A DNA stretch of 62,086 nt, the filler included, from an uncultured Thermoplasmatales archaeon (GTDB taxonomy: Archaea; Thermoplasmatota; E2; DHVEG-1): the NCBI GenBank assembly GCA_964517155.1. It is 6 parts of 6 records of this genome, joined end to end, with 100 filler letters (N's around TTAATTAATTAA, not from the genome) between each part and the next. Parts side by side here need not be neighbours in the genome. Positions count along the whole stretch, not along the records: positions 19,626 to 40,458 come from CAZFAZ010000007.1; positions 40,559 to 46,007 come from CAZFAZ010000008.1; positions 46,108 to 57,935 come from CAZFAZ010000009.1; 3 more parts are not named here. One strand, given 5' to 3'. Positions 38,689 to 49,576 of the stretch are shown one piece after another; within the stretch, counting starts at the first letter, position 1; each line of letters starts with the position of its first letter. The position numbers were made by a program, and so were the translations under genes. The notes under the pieces are model-generated. The model worked only from the letters and a program-made list of their open reading frames with translations. It did no database searches and was not told the origin of the DNA.

Positions 38689-39237
38689 ATGTCTAAATGG
38701 AATTTGTTTAAAAAATCAAAATCAGAAAATGAAATCAATGCAACAGAAGAAACCAAAGAAACGATAACAGTTAAACAGGAACCTGAACAGGACGATAAAC
38801 CTCTTGCAGAATACACTGAAACACTTTATACAGGTACAAATTCATCTAAAAAAACAAGTAGCGAAGGCTCATCAAACGAGCAAAGGTACTGGAGAGACGT
38901 TGATTCAATTGAAAAAAAAGTTGACAAAATACATATTACACAGGCTCAAAAACCAAAAACATCTGTAGATAAAACTGTTGACAGTTTAATTGAGAAAAAT
39001 AAAGAAAAAAAGAATAGAAAACCATCAAATGTTATTTATGTTGTAAGCAAACCTCAACCAGGTGAAGTGAGAGGCGATTGGGCAGTTAGAAGTCATGGAA
39101 AAATCTTTAGTCATCATAAAACTAAAGAAAAAGCAATAGATGAAGCAAGAAAAATAGCAATAAAAAGAGACGCAACAGTAATGGTTCAAAACACTGACGG
39201 TACATTTAGTGAAGGCTTTAAACCAAGATCTAACTAA
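38689..39237 (+). CDS. Protein with a C-terminal DUF2188-like domain
   Basis: WAVRSHG...HKTKEKAIDEARKIA.....VMVQNTDGTF; low-complexity N-terminus. Confidence 0.7.
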   Translation: MSKWNLFKKSKSENEINATEETKETITVKQEPEQDDKPLAEYTETLYTGTNSSKKTSSEGSSNEQRYWRDVDSIEKKVDKIHITQAQKPKTSVDKTVDSLIEKNKEKKNRKPSNVIYVVSKPQPGEVRGDWAVRSHGKIFSHHKTKEKAIDEARKIAIKRDATVMVQNTDGTFSEGFKPRSN

Positions 39238-39253
39238 TTTTTTTTGAATTTTT

Positions 39254-39766
39254 ATGATAAATATCTTAAGAATCGGTCATCGAATTCAAAGAGATAAGCG
39301 AATTACTACGCATTGCGCTCTTGTAGCCCGTGCTTTTGGAGCCGATAAAATTTTAATTGATACAACTGATAAAAAAATTGAAGAAACAGTTCTTAGCACC
39401 TGTAAGCGTTTTGGTGGAAATTTTGAAATAAAAACAGGCGTAAAAACAAAAAAGATAATAGATGAATGGAGCGGATTAATCGTTCATTTAACAATGTATG
39501 GTGAAAAACTAGATGAAACAGTTAAAAAAATAGATGCAAAAAAAGATATTTTAGTAATAATTGGCGCTGAAAAAGTTCCTAGATACATCTATGAAATAGC
39601 AGATTTTAATATTTCAGTTGGAAATCAACCTCATTCAGAGGTTGCAGCATTAGCAGTTTTTCTTGATAGAATCACAAAAGGCAAATGGGCTGATAAAAAA
39701 TTTAATGGAAAACTAGAAATTCTGCCCTGTGATAAAGGCAAAAACGTGATATCAAAAGAAATATAG
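39254..39766 (+). CDS. trm56: tRNA (cytidine56-2'-O)-methyltransferase (SPOUT)
   Basis: LRIGHR..RDKRITTH.ALVARAFGA, VHLTMYG, GAEKVP, GNQPHSEVAALA. Confidence 0.95.
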   Translation: MINILRIGHRIQRDKRITTHCALVARAFGADKILIDTTDKKIEETVLSTCKRFGGNFEIKTGVKTKKIIDEWSGLIVHLTMYGEKLDETVKKIDAKKDILVIIGAEKVPRYIYEIADFNISVGNQPHSEVAALAVFLDRITKGKWADKKFNGKLEILPCDKGKNVISKEI

Positions 39767-39779
39767 GATGTTTTTCTAA

Positions 39780-40295
39780 ATGATTCCAAGTTATGATGAA
39801 TGTATTGAAATGCTTGAAAGTGAGGGTTGTTCTAAAGAAGTAATAGCTCACTGTATTGCAGTAAGAAACATCGCAGTAAAAATTGCTAAAAAAACAAATG
39901 CAGATATCAGACTCGTCGAAGCAGGAGCACTCTTGCATGACATAGGACGATCTAAAACACATGGAATCAGACATGCCGTAGAAGGAGTAAAAATCGCAAA
40001 AAAACTAGGTCTTTCTGATGAAATCATAAAAATTATTGAAAGACATATTGGGGCAGGGCTTTCAAAAGAAGAGGCAAAAAAATTAGGCCTGCCGGTAAAT
40101 GATTATATTCCTGAGACACTTGAAGAAAAAATAGTTTGTCATGCGGATAATTTAATACAAGATGGAAAGAAACAACCTATTGAAAAAGAAGTCGAAAAGG
40201 CACTTGAAGAAGGGCTGAATGATTACGCACTTAAACTTGTAAAACTTCATAAAGAGCTATCTGAGATATGCAGAATCGATCTTAACAAAATATAA
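39780..40295 (+). CDS. HD-domain phosphohydrolase (TIGR00295-like)
   Basis: H..AV, LLHDIGRS, ERHIGAG, EEKIVCHADN. Confidence 0.9.
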   Translation: MIPSYDECIEMLESEGCSKEVIAHCIAVRNIAVKIAKKTNADIRLVEAGALLHDIGRSKTHGIRHAVEGVKIAKKLGLSDEIIKIIERHIGAGLSKEEAKKLGLPVNDYIPETLEEKIVCHADNLIQDGKKQPIEKEVEKALEEGLNDYALKLVKLHKELSEICRIDLNKI

Positions 40296-40337
40296 ATAGG
40301 GTTTTTATTATTTTGACAAATCCTCTTTTAAGTATTT

Positions 40338-40422
40338 GCAGGGGTAGCCAAGCCTGGTTAACGGCGCAAGGTTGAGGGCCTTGTCCTGTAGAGGTCCGCG
40401 AGTTCAAATCTCGTCCCCTGCA
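40338..40422 (+). tRNA. tRNA-Leu(GAG)
   Basis: Acceptor GCAGGGG/CCCCTGC, anticodon arm CAAGG-TTGAGGG-CCTTG, variable arm, TTCAAAT loop. Confidence 0.95.
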
Positions 40423-40458
40423 CTTTTTGTATTCAAATTTTTTTATAAAACTACCAAT

Positions 40459-40558
40459 NNNNNNNNNNNNNNNNNNNNNNNNNNNNNNNNNNNNNNNNNN
40501 NNTTAATTAATTAANNNNNNNNNNNNNNNNNNNNNNNNNNNNNNNNNNNNNNNNNNNN
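40459..40558. other. Artificial contig linker
   Basis: N run containing TTAATTAATTAA. Confidence 0.98.
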
Positions 40559-43002
40559 ACGGGGATAATTTTTGTTATTTTTTCTTCGATTTTTGGCTTA
40601 CCCTGTATAAATTCATGATAATCTGGATATTTTAAAGTAGAAATTATCAGTTCTTTGCTTGATTTGATTGATTCGATATATTCTTTTTTTGCATATGTTG
40701 CAACAGCAGATAATGGTGCGTTTAGTGCTATTCCTTGTTCGCTTTTCCAGGCTCTTATCTGAGATATGTATGTTTTGACTAGTTCTCCAGCTTTTTCTTT
40801 TGCATCATCAATTATTATTGGCTCTGGCCATTTTGATATATGTATACTTTTATCATCTTCGAACTTTTTATAGAAGCCTTGATATATCTCTTCTGTTAAA
40901 TGCGGTAAAAACACTGCGAATAGTTTAAGTGTTCCAAGCCCTAGTGTATAAAGTGTGTATTTAATGCTATCTGTGTTTTTGTCTTCATATATACTTGTTT
41001 TTATCATCTCTAAATAGTGATCTGCTAGTTCATGCCATAAAAAATATTCTGTTTCTTTCATTGCTTGGCTGTAATCAAAATTATCCATTTGTTTTGTACA
41101 TTTTTTTACAAGTTTGCTGTATTTTGTAAGAATCCATTTATCTATATCTATTAATTCTGTTTTTTGTGGTTTTTCATCTTTTAGAATATTTATAATAAAT
41201 TGTTGTACATTGTATATTTTTCTAAGTAGTTTTGTACCACGTACCACGTCCTTTCTTCTGAAAGGGTTGTCTTCTCCTAGTGCACAGCTTGCTGCATAAC
41301 ATCTGAACGCATCTGCTCCGTATTCTGCTATTATTTCAAGTGGGTCTATAACATTGCCTTGGCTTGCGTGCATTGGTGTTCCATCTTCTGAGAGTATAAA
41401 TCCACCCATCATTATGTTTTCAAAAGGTTTTTCATTAGTTAGTAGTGTGCATCTAAGAATTGTATAAAACGCCCAGGTTCTAATTATATCATGTGCTTGT
41501 GGTCTTAAACTCATAGGGTATAGTTTTGAAAATTTTTCTTTATCTCTATACCAGAATGTGTTATATAATGGCGAAATACTTGAATCCATCCATGTGTCAA
41601 ATACATCTTGGCATCCTATTAGTTTTCCACCGCATTTTGGACATTTTTCAACTGGCGGTTTATCTATTGTTGGATCGATGTAGCAATCCTCTTTTTTTGC
41701 AAGAATAACTTCTTTGCATTTTTCACATTCCCAAAGAGGTATTGGTGTTGCAAAATAACGTTGACGAGAAATAACCCAGTCCCATTCAAGGCTGTTTACC
41801 CATTCCTCTAGTCTTATCTTCATAAACTTTGGGTACCAGTTCATCTCATCAGATTTATCAAGTACTAGTTTTTTAAAATCAGTAGTTTTTAGAAACCATT
41901 GCTCTGCATTTACAAATTCAACTGGTGTTTTACAGCGCCAGCATACTCCTACGCTTTGATCTAGTGGATCTGATTTTATTAGTAAACCCTCGTTTTTCAT
42001 ATCTGAAATTATTTGTTCTCGTGCGTCTTTTATTTTTAATCCTTTGTATTTACCGCATATATCTGTCATAAAGCCTGATTCATCGATACTCATCTCTATT
42101 GGTAGTTTGTATTTAAAAACCCAGTTTAAATCTTCTTTGTCACCAATTGTACATATCATTACTAGTCCTGTTCCAAAATCTGGGTCTACAACATCATCTT
42201 GAACAATTTTTACTTCTTTTTTAAAAATAGGAACAATTAATGTTTGATCGACAAGCCATGATGCTCGCTCATCAGTTGGATGTACTGCTACTATTTGACA
42301 AGATGGAAGCATCTCGGGTCTTGTTGTCGCAATTTCTACGTAAAAACCTTTTTTGTCTTTTCCAATTCCATGATATTTTAGGATTTGTTCTGCAGGTTTT
42401 TCTTTGAAATAAAATTTAATTGTGTTTAGTTTTGTTTGTCTATCTGAATATGTTACTTCTGCATCTGCCATTGCAGTCATGCATCGTGGACACCAGTTAA
42501 CTGGGAATTTGCCTTTATAGATTAGGCCTTTGTCAAAAAGCTCAATAAAGCTTATTTGAGTAAGCCTACGGTAGTATTCAGCATCTGTTTGATAATAGAT
42601 GCTGGGATCCATGCTTTCTCCAAGAAGGATAAACTGATCAGTCATGGTTTTTATGTTTTTATTTGCAAAATCAGAACATAGTTTTGTAAACTCGTGTCTA
42701 TCTATATCTTTTCTAGTAATGCCTTTCTCACGCTCGACTCTTTCTTCTATTGGAATACCATTTACATCAAAACATAGTGGAAAAAATACTTCGTATCCCT
42801 GCATACGTTTGTATCGTGCTGAAAAATCTATATGTGTGTAGTGTACTGCATGACCTGCATGTAGTGGACCGCTTGCGTATCTTGGTGGTACATCGATACT
42901 ATAAGGTTTTTTATGTGACTCAAAGTTAAAATGATAGATTTTTGTATCAAGCCAGTTTTTTTGCCATTTTTTTTCAAATCCTATCTGATCATAATTACTC
43001 AT
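40559..43002 (-). CDS. valS: Valyl-tRNA synthetase (3' end cut by the gap)
   Basis: HAGH motif, ATTRPE and GTGLVMICT editing domain, DWVISRQR, DVFDTWMDS. Confidence 0.95.
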
Positions 43003-43069
43003 CTGATTGCTCCATCCTTGATCTTTGGAATAAAAAACGTCAAAGAATTACTACTTATAAATTATATGG

Positions 43070-44401
43070 TTAATTATTCTTATTTGACTCTTCAAAAAAC
43101 TTTGAAATAAGACAAACTGCAAAGGTTATGCCTAAGCTTAATAGCAAAATTTGAACTGCTACAAGTACATTTGATAAAATATTTGGATTGATGAGAAGTA
43201 TTTCGCCTAAAGAAAAAATCATGATTCCTGAAAATAACTTAAGAGTTCTGCCTTGAAATTCACTAAGTTTCTTTTTACCAAGGCTGATTATTACAATTGA
43301 TGTAATTACAATAAGTGGTATAACATATATTATATTATAGAATAATAGATATAGACAGTATTCAAAAAAGCTTAAATTGTATGATGTTAAAATTGCTGTG
43401 TATATCACAGGTAGATTTAGAGAGCATAAAAGCTCTACTGTATTTGCAGTTATTGCAAATATAATAGTTGCAACTATTAATGAAGGAATAGATGTTATTT
43501 TTACTAGTTTTCTTGCTTGTTTGTATATTTTTGATTTTTGACTGTCAGGAATACTTGCTGAAGGTCCTTTTTTGAAGAAAAAGAAATCTTTTATGTTTAA
43601 AATACCAAATATTATTCCAATTAATCCTGCAAGTATAGTAATAATTGTTTGTTCACTTGTTAGTTTGAATGTTTGTAAAAGTAAAAGCATTATCAAAAAA
43701 TAAATAAAGCCTGAAAAAAATATGAATATTGAGCCTATTAGAATCATTCTTTTTCTTGAATTTGTATATATAAGGATACTTAACAAGAATAATAATACAA
43801 AAAATGAGCATGGATTTATGCTGTCCATTGCCCCCAGTATAATAGTTAAAACTGGCAGCGATAAATCAGATAAATCTATTTTTCCAAAAGGTGTATCAAC
43901 TATATATTTATCAGATGAAAGATCAATTTCTTTTGAATAGTTGCCCTCTAAATGATATTTAACTGCGTTTTCTAAAAGTTTATCTTCTGTGTTTATTATA
44001 TCAAAATATGGCAGGATAGTTGTATAATTTTTAAGTTCTGGATGTGATGTATTTAAGATAACAATTCCTGGAACATTTGTAAACAGATAAGAATAAAATA
44101 ATTCAAGATTATTTTTTAATTCATCTGAAGTATCAACAGGATAAACCTCTATAAATAAAACACTTTCATTTCCTGGGAATATGTCATTAAATAATCTAGC
44201 TTTTCCCTCTTCGCAGGATGGGCAAACACCCGCAGATACAAAGATTTTTATTGTAATGTCTGCATCTTTATTTCCATATACTGTTTTTTGATATTCTAAA
44301 GTTAAATCTGCAGTTTCAGGCATTATAAAAAAAGCTAATAAACTTAAATAAATTGCAACAATGCAAATTGATATAATTATTTTTTTATCCATTTGGTGCA
44401 A
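43070..44401 (-). CDS. Thioredoxin-like CxxC domain fused to a CcdA/DsbD-type membrane domain
   Basis: CPSC in the soluble domain; DSINPCSFFVL and ELLCS membrane cysteines; multiple TM helices. Confidence 0.8.
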   Translation of the reverse strand: MHQMDKKIIISICIVAIYLSLLAFFIMPETADLTLEYQKTVYGNKDADITIKIFVSAGVCPSCEEGKARLFNDIFPGNESVLFIEVYPVDTSDELKNNLELFYSYLFTNVPGIVILNTSHPELKNYTTILPYFDIINTEDKLLENAVKYHLEGNYSKEIDLSSDKYIVDTPFGKIDLSDLSLPVLTIILGAMDSINPCSFFVLLFLLSILIYTNSRKRMILIGSIFIFFSGFIYFLIMLLLLQTFKLTSEQTIITILAGLIGIIFGILNIKDFFFFKKGPSASIPDSQKSKIYKQARKLVKITSIPSLIVATIIFAITANTVELLCSLNLPVIYTAILTSYNLSFFEYCLYLLFYNIIYVIPLIVITSIVIISLGKKKLSEFQGRTLKLFSGIMIFSLGEILLINPNILSNVLVAVQILLLSLGITFAVCLISKFFEESNKNN

Positions 44402-44528
44402 CCAATCCTAAACTAATTAATAACAATCGTGAATTTTTATGTGATATATATTTTTTTGTTATAAAAGAGTAACTATTTTTAAAAAAAATGTAAAGGTTTT
44501 TTGCCAAAAAAAGATGGATTTAAGTTTT

Positions 44529-44921
44529 TTATTTGTTTTCTATTAAATCCTTAAGTTCATTTAAATCTTTTTTTATTATTTCTATTTCTTTGATTTTTTC
44601 TTGTTCAAATCTTTTTATTATATTAGTTATATCACTGGTTAAGCTATATAAGTGAACTGGTCTACCTTTACCTTTCTTTTTAAGATCACGTTTGTTTATC
44701 CATCCCTTTTTTTGTAGTTCCTGCATTGCAACCGATACTTCGGGTTGGCGTAGTTTTGTTTGCCTTTCTATCTCTGCACTTCTACACTCGTCTGTTTTAG
44801 ATATATACATAAGTGTTTTTGCAAGATTTTTTGGCATACCAAGTTCTGCAAATACTTTTATTATTTTTTCGTCTTGTGAATCAAAGTTATAAGTTTTATT
44901 TTGTTTCATATTATCAACCAT
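44529..44921 (-). CDS. Winged-HTH transcriptional regulator (COG4738-like)
   Basis: SAEIERQTKLRQPEVSVAMQEL...KGRPVHLY. Confidence 0.85.
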   Translation of the reverse strand: MVDNMKQNKTYNFDSQDEKIIKVFAELGMPKNLAKTLMYISKTDECRSAEIERQTKLRQPEVSVAMQELQKKGWINKRDLKKKGKGRPVHLYSLTSDITNIIKRFEQEKIKEIEIIKKDLNELKDLIENK

Positions 44922-44993
44922 ATTATTATAATTACTAATCTTATAATATCCTAATCATTTATAAATCTTTTCATTTAAATAATAATATATTTA

Positions 44994-45680
44994 TTATTCT
45001 AAGAAGCCTAACGCCTCCTCAATACGGCCCATTTCAATACCTGTCGTATATTTGCCGATTAAAGCACCCTTAGTATTTGCAACAAGACCACTTCCTATAA
45101 CAGGACTACCGTGATTAACAGTTCCAATCATCAAAGGTACATGAAAAACCTTTTCCAAAACACTTTTCTCTTCATCAGTTACTTTTGGATGACACAACAG
45201 GCCTTTATTTGTAACTACTGCCGCCATCCCAACAGTATCCAACCCTGCAATTGTACCGCGATGAACAGGTACACCAAAAGTATTTTTAATTTTATCAATT
45301 GAAGTCTGCTTCATATCAGGATGAACAAGACAACCAAAATCATTTACAAGTACATCATTACCTGCAGCATTTAGTTTATCATCGATTATGCAGACTTTAA
45401 AACCTTCATTTTTAATAATTTTAATAGCCCCTATATCTGCAAAATCAGTAACCACCGCACCAGTACTATTAAAAGCCATAAGAGAGCCTACTATAGTTGC
45501 ATCTGCTATGCCTAATTCTACTAGTTTTACATCAAGGGCTTCAACAATTTTACTTTTAATTTTTTTGGAAAGAGCTTTGCGAACAAAAACTACATTATCA
45601 TTTGCACGGCAGAATACTCCAACATTTGGATTTTCATTGAAATCAAGCAACTCAAGACGAGATATTTTTACACACTCCAT
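44994..45680 (-). CDS. eif6: Translation initiation factor 6 (aIF6)
   Basis: NPNVGVF, LVHPD, GLLCHP, GTVNHG..IGSG.VAN..G..TTGIEMGRIEEALG. Confidence 0.95.
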   Translation of the reverse strand: MECVKISRLELLDFNENPNVGVFCRANDNVVFVRKALSKKIKSKIVEALDVKLVELGIADATIVGSLMAFNSTGAVVTDFADIGAIKIIKNEGFKVCIIDDKLNAAGNDVLVNDFGCLVHPDMKQTSIDKIKNTFGVPVHRGTIAGLDTVGMAAVVTNKGLLCHPKVTDEEKSVLEKVFHVPLMIGTVNHGSPVIGSGLVANTKGALIGKYTTGIEMGRIEEALGFLE

Positions 45681-45863
45681 TTATGCAATTATTTTGAAAC
45701 AGTTAAATCTACTTAAAAACCCATATCTTTTTAATTATGGATTTTTTCTAAAGATAACAGTTTTAGTCTGTAACAATAACACCTATTTAATCTTTTTAGC
45801 AATATTTTTTAATAAATCTAAGTAGTAGAATATAAAAAAATGTATATGATTTGAGATAAAAAA

Positions 45864-46007
45864 TTATTTTTTATTCTCAGCAGTTTTTTTCTTAGCCTTA
45901 GTTTTAGAAGATGATTTTTTTGTATCTTTCTTTTTTTCTGTTTTTTCTTTTTTATCATCTTCCTTTTTCTCTTTTTTAGGCGTTTTATCTTCTTTTTTCT
46001 CAGTAGT
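45864..46007 (-). CDS. Lys/Glu-rich C-terminal fragment, possibly the tail of ribosomal protein eL31 (context only)
   Basis: Open frame from the gap: TTEKKEDKTPKKEKK...TAENKK*. rpl31e usually precedes eif6. Confidence 0.4.
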   Translation of the reverse strand, partial: TTEKKEDKTPKKEKKEDDKKEKTEKKKDTKKSSSKTKAKKKTAENKK

Positions 46008-46107
46008 NNNNNNNNNNNNNNNNNNNNNNNNNNNNNNNNNNNNNNNNNNNNTTAATTAATTAANNNNNNNNNNNNNNNNNNNNNNNNNNNNNNNNNNNNN
46101 NNNNNNN
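46008..46107. other. Artificial contig linker
   Basis: N run containing TTAATTAATTAA. Confidence 0.98.
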
Positions 46108-46109
46108 TT

Positions 46110-46319
46110 GTAAACGCAACAGATAATCAGTCAGGTATTTCTCATGTAACGCTTTCAATTAAAGGCAAATGGCAGAATATAACACAGAATTTAACCACAA
46201 GCCCATATACATATGAATGGAGTAGTTTTGGATTTAAAACATACAATATTACTGCAACAGCATATGATAACGCAGGCAACAGCGCTAGTACAAGTATCCT
46301 AGTAAAAAAGTTTCTTTAA
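46110..46319 (+). CDS. C-terminal Ig-like (Big) domain of a secreted protein, 5' end cut by the gap
   Basis: VNATDNQSGISHV...PYTYEW...ITATAYDNAGNSAS. Confidence 0.75.
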   Translation, partial: VNATDNQSGISHVTLSIKGKWQNITQNLTTSPYTYEWSSFGFKTYNITATAYDNAGNSASTSILVKKFL

Positions 46320-46442
46320 ACTTTTATCTAATCTTTTAATATATTTTATGTTACTTAGTCTAATTTTATACTATTCTAGATTCAATTTATATTGTTAGTA
46401 AAAAGAAAAATATTTAAATAGTTATCACATTAGTAACTTACT

Positions 46443-47801
46443 ATGAAGATAACAAATTTTGTTAATAGGCTTGAAGAAATTAAACTACTAAATGACAAAT
46501 GGAACAGTAACCAAGCTCAATTTGTTGTTATATACGGTAGAAGAAGAATTGGAAAAACAGAAATTATAAAACAATTCATAAAAGACAAAAAAGGCATTTA
46601 TTTTCTCGGAAGATTAGAAACAAAAAAAGAACAACTTGAAAGAATATCTAAACTACTCTCCGAATTCTTTTCCGATTCAGTAATTAACATCTCACCGTTA
46701 AATTCATGGGATGCTGTATTTGAATATATTCACAACAAAAAAGAAAAATTTATATTTGCAATAGATGAATTCCCTTACGTTGTAAAAACGTCACCAGAGA
46801 TCCTTTCGATTTTACAAGAATATTGGGATGAAAAAATTAAAAATTCTAAAAAATTCTTAATTATATGTGGCTCTTCTTTATCTATGATGGAAAAATATGT
46901 TTTTGATTATTCCACACCAATCTACGGCAGAAGAACTCTAGATATAAAAATCCCTTCTTTATCATTTCATGATTTAAAAGAATTTTTTCCAAAAAACAAT
47001 TTAGATGAAAACATAAAAATATACAGCATTTTAGGAGGTACACCCGCATATCAACTAGAATATGAGACAAATATTCATCTAACAATTAAAAAAATAATAT
47101 CAAAACAATCGTTTCTACTTAGAGAACCTGAATTCATTTTAAGAGAAGAGGTAACAGAACCAAGATTTTTTGTTTCAATATTGCATGCAATTTCAATTGG
47201 AAAAACAAGTGTAGGAGAAATAACCAATCAAACGGGCCTGGACCGCGGCGTTGTTGGAAAATATTTAAGCGTACTGATAGACCTTGATATGATTAGACGA
47301 GAAATACCTATTACAGAATCGTGGAAATCTCGAAAAGGTAATTATTACATTAAAGATAATTTTTTCAACTTCTGGTTTAGATTCATTTATCCAAATCTTC
47401 AACACATAGAGATCAACCCAAATGTAGTTGAAAATATAATTAAAAAAGAGATGAATGATTACATAGGAAGAATATTTGAAGATATATGCAAACAATTTTT
47501 AATTAAAAAGAAAATTGTTATTTCTTCAAAGATTGGAAGATGGTGGCACAAAGAACATGAAATCGATATAGTCGCCCTTGATGAAAAAAACAAAAATATT
47601 ATGTTTTTTGAATGTAAATACAAAGAGTTGAGTATGAATCAATCTTTGAAAATATTAAACGATTTAAAAACTAAAAAAGATAATGTAAAATGGTTTAATA
47701 ACAAAAGAAAAGAGCAATATGGTCTTATAGCAAAAAAAATCGAAAATAAAATTGAATTAAGAACAAAAGGTTTTCTAGTTTATGACTTAGATGATTGGTA
47801 A
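46443..47801 (+). CDS. Archaeal ATPase with wHTH and DUF234 PD-(D/E)XK domain (COG1672)
   Basis: FVNR..E, YGRRRIGKT, IDEFPY, FWFRF, RWW...EIDIVA...FFECKY. Confidence 0.92.
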   Translation: MKITNFVNRLEEIKLLNDKWNSNQAQFVVIYGRRRIGKTEIIKQFIKDKKGIYFLGRLETKKEQLERISKLLSEFFSDSVINISPLNSWDAVFEYIHNKKEKFIFAIDEFPYVVKTSPEILSILQEYWDEKIKNSKKFLIICGSSLSMMEKYVFDYSTPIYGRRTLDIKIPSLSFHDLKEFFPKNNLDENIKIYSILGGTPAYQLEYETNIHLTIKKIISKQSFLLREPEFILREEVTEPRFFVSILHAISIGKTSVGEITNQTGLDRGVVGKYLSVLIDLDMIRREIPITESWKSRKGNYYIKDNFFNFWFRFIYPNLQHIEINPNVVENIIKKEMNDYIGRIFEDICKQFLIKKKIVISSKIGRWWHKEHEIDIVALDEKNKNIMFFECKYKELSMNQSLKILNDLKTKKDNVKWFNNKRKEQYGLIAKKIENKIELRTKGFLVYDLDDW

Positions 47802-47827
47802 TATTTTTCAGTCATAAAAGAGTATAT

Positions 47828-48220
47828 TTATACACTAAATCTTGTGACACGCCCTGCTACAAACACCAAACCAAACTGATTTGGCTCACTCATATAAAAT
47901 AGATTACCCTCAACAAACTGTATCTTTTTATATAACGCAACACCCATATTTCTATTCATACGAAGAACACCTGGCTCATGATATGCAAGCACAACCGCTT
48001 TAGCCTCTATTCTTCTAAATATAGATATTCCAACTTCCTCAGGATTTAAAACAAATCCTACGATAAATGCTGTACCACCAATATTTAGACTTTCAATATC
48101 ATGATTTTCCTGAGTAGCAATCTTTTGCTCTGTGTTTTTTTGAGCATACACAGATTGCGCAGTTGCAATAAACAAAAGAACTATGAATATTGCTAGAATT
48201 TTTGTATTTTTTAACACCAT
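47828..48220 (-). CDS. Secreted hypothetical protein
   Basis: Signal peptide ending VYA; AGGTGA RBS. Confidence 0.7.
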   Translation of the reverse strand: MVLKNTKILAIFIVLLFIATAQSVYAQKNTEQKIATQENHDIESLNIGGTAFIVGFVLNPEEVGISIFRRIEAKAVVLAYHEPGVLRMNRNMGVALYKKIQFVEGNLFYMSEPNQFGLVFVAGRVTRFSV

Positions 48221-48394
48221 AAACTCACCTGCGGCAATATTTTTACTCTTTAATAATCTTTCATTTTTTTAATTTAATAATTAAAAGACTTAAAAATATT
48301 TTAGCATAAAATCATAAATTATTAAATAGAGATTTTTAAATAATGGAAACTGATTACGAATGTTAACAATTAACAATTAAGGGGAAGAATATTT

Positions 48395-48715
48395 ATGAAA
48401 AATGATAAAAGAGATAGATGTGTATTAACAAGTGTTATAGAAACAGAACTTGATATATTAAAACGTCATGTGCATATACTTAAAACACTTAAAGAAAATC
48501 AACCTATGGGAATAATTAAACTTTCAGAACTTACCGGATACCCTCAACATATGGTAAGATACTCACTGCGCATTCTAGAGCAAGACGGGCTTATTGAGCC
48601 TTCACCACAAGGAGCTGTAACCACCGAGGATGTCAATAAAACAATGCAACTGCTTAAAAAAACACTTGAAAATTTTAGCAATACTGCAAAAGAAATAATC
48701 AAAAACATTGAATAA
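48395..48715 (+). CDS. Winged-HTH regulator (COG3388-like)
   Basis: LKRH..IL......PMGIIKLSE.TG.P.H.VRYSLRILEQDGLIEPS.QGA. Confidence 0.85.
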   Translation: MKNDKRDRCVLTSVIETELDILKRHVHILKTLKENQPMGIIKLSELTGYPQHMVRYSLRILEQDGLIEPSPQGAVTTEDVNKTMQLLKKTLENFSNTAKEIIKNIE

Positions 48716-48743
48716 TAGAATCTGTATTACAAGTTTTTATTTT

Positions 48744-48816
48744 GCCGAGGTAACTCAGCTGGGAGAGTGCACGGCTGAAGACCGTGATGCCGTGGGTTCA
48801 AGTCCCACTCTCGGCA
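48744..48816 (+). tRNA. tRNA-Phe(GAA)
   Basis: Acceptor GCCGAGG/TCTCGGC, anticodon arm CACGG-CTGAAGA-CCGTG, T arm GTGGG-TTCAAGT-CCCAC. Confidence 0.96.
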
Positions 48817-49045
48817 TTTTTTGCTGCTTTTTTATCCTGTTTTACGGCCCAAAAAATGTAAATTTCTGTATGCGACTCTATGGGCATAGATTACATGTCC
48901 CTTTTGATAAAAAAACGTTCATGACCTTATAGGTCACTCACAAGGATGAAAATAAACACTATTTGCATAGCAAAATTCGAATTCATCTGAAATACCGTAT
49001 CGAATGCTATGAATATATAAAACACAAATCGATAATTTTAAATAG

Positions 49046-49067
49046 TATTAAATAATATTATTTAATA
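49046..49067. promoter_or_regulatory. Palindromic operator of the RelBE-like operon
   Basis: Perfect 22-bp palindrome TATTAAATAATATTATTTAATA between a TTTTAAATA box and the antitoxin start. AT-only, so some chance risk. Confidence 0.5.
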
Positions 49068-49088
49068 TTAGTTAATTGGTGAATACGT

Positions 49089-49310
49089 ATGGCATTAAAA
49101 ACTTTCAATATTGAAGAGGAGGTCTACAATAAATTTTCTGCGATATGCAAAAGACTTGGAATTAGCATGAGCAAACAAGTGGAAATGTTTATGAAATCTC
49201 AGGTCGAAGAAGATCCTGCTGCAAGAGCTGATTATTTAGAAAGACTTGATATAATCAGAAAAGGAAAATTCATCCGAGTCACAAATTTTAAAGAACGATA
49301 TAAGTTGTAA
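49089..49310 (+). CDS. Ribbon-helix-helix antitoxin
   Basis: KTFNIEEEVYNKF...GISMSKQVE RHH pattern; 2 bp upstream of a RelE toxin. Confidence 0.75.
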   Translation: MALKTFNIEEEVYNKFSAICKRLGISMSKQVEMFMKSQVEEDPAARADYLERLDIIRKGKFIRVTNFKERYKL

Positions 49311-49312
49311 TC

Positions 49313-49576
49313 ATGACCTATACATTAGATATCTCGGATCAGTTGGATAACCAATTTGCTAAAATACGTAAGAAAGATAGAAAACAACTTGATATCATTG
49401 ATAAAAAAGTTCAGGAGATACTTAAAAATCCTTATCATTTTAAACCTCTTCGAGGAGATATGCATGGTGCACGAAGAGTCCATATAAGTAAATCATTTGT
49501 TCTTATTTTTGAAATTGATGAAAAACAAAAGATTATACGCTTATTAGATTACAATCACCATGATTCAATCTACTAA
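49313..49576 (+). CDS. RelE/StbE family toxin
   Basis: NPYHFKPLRGDMHGARRVHI..SFVLIFEID...LLDYNHHD..Y. Confidence 0.88.
   Translation: MTYTLDISDQLDNQFAKIRKKDRKQLDIIDKKVQEILKNPYHFKPLRGDMHGARRVHISKSFVLIFEIDEKQKIIRLLDYNHHDSIY

Noticed and set aside
48362..48380. TTAACAA direct repeats upstream of the COG3388 regulator
   Set aside because: Plausible autoregulatory site but too short and AT-rich to support.
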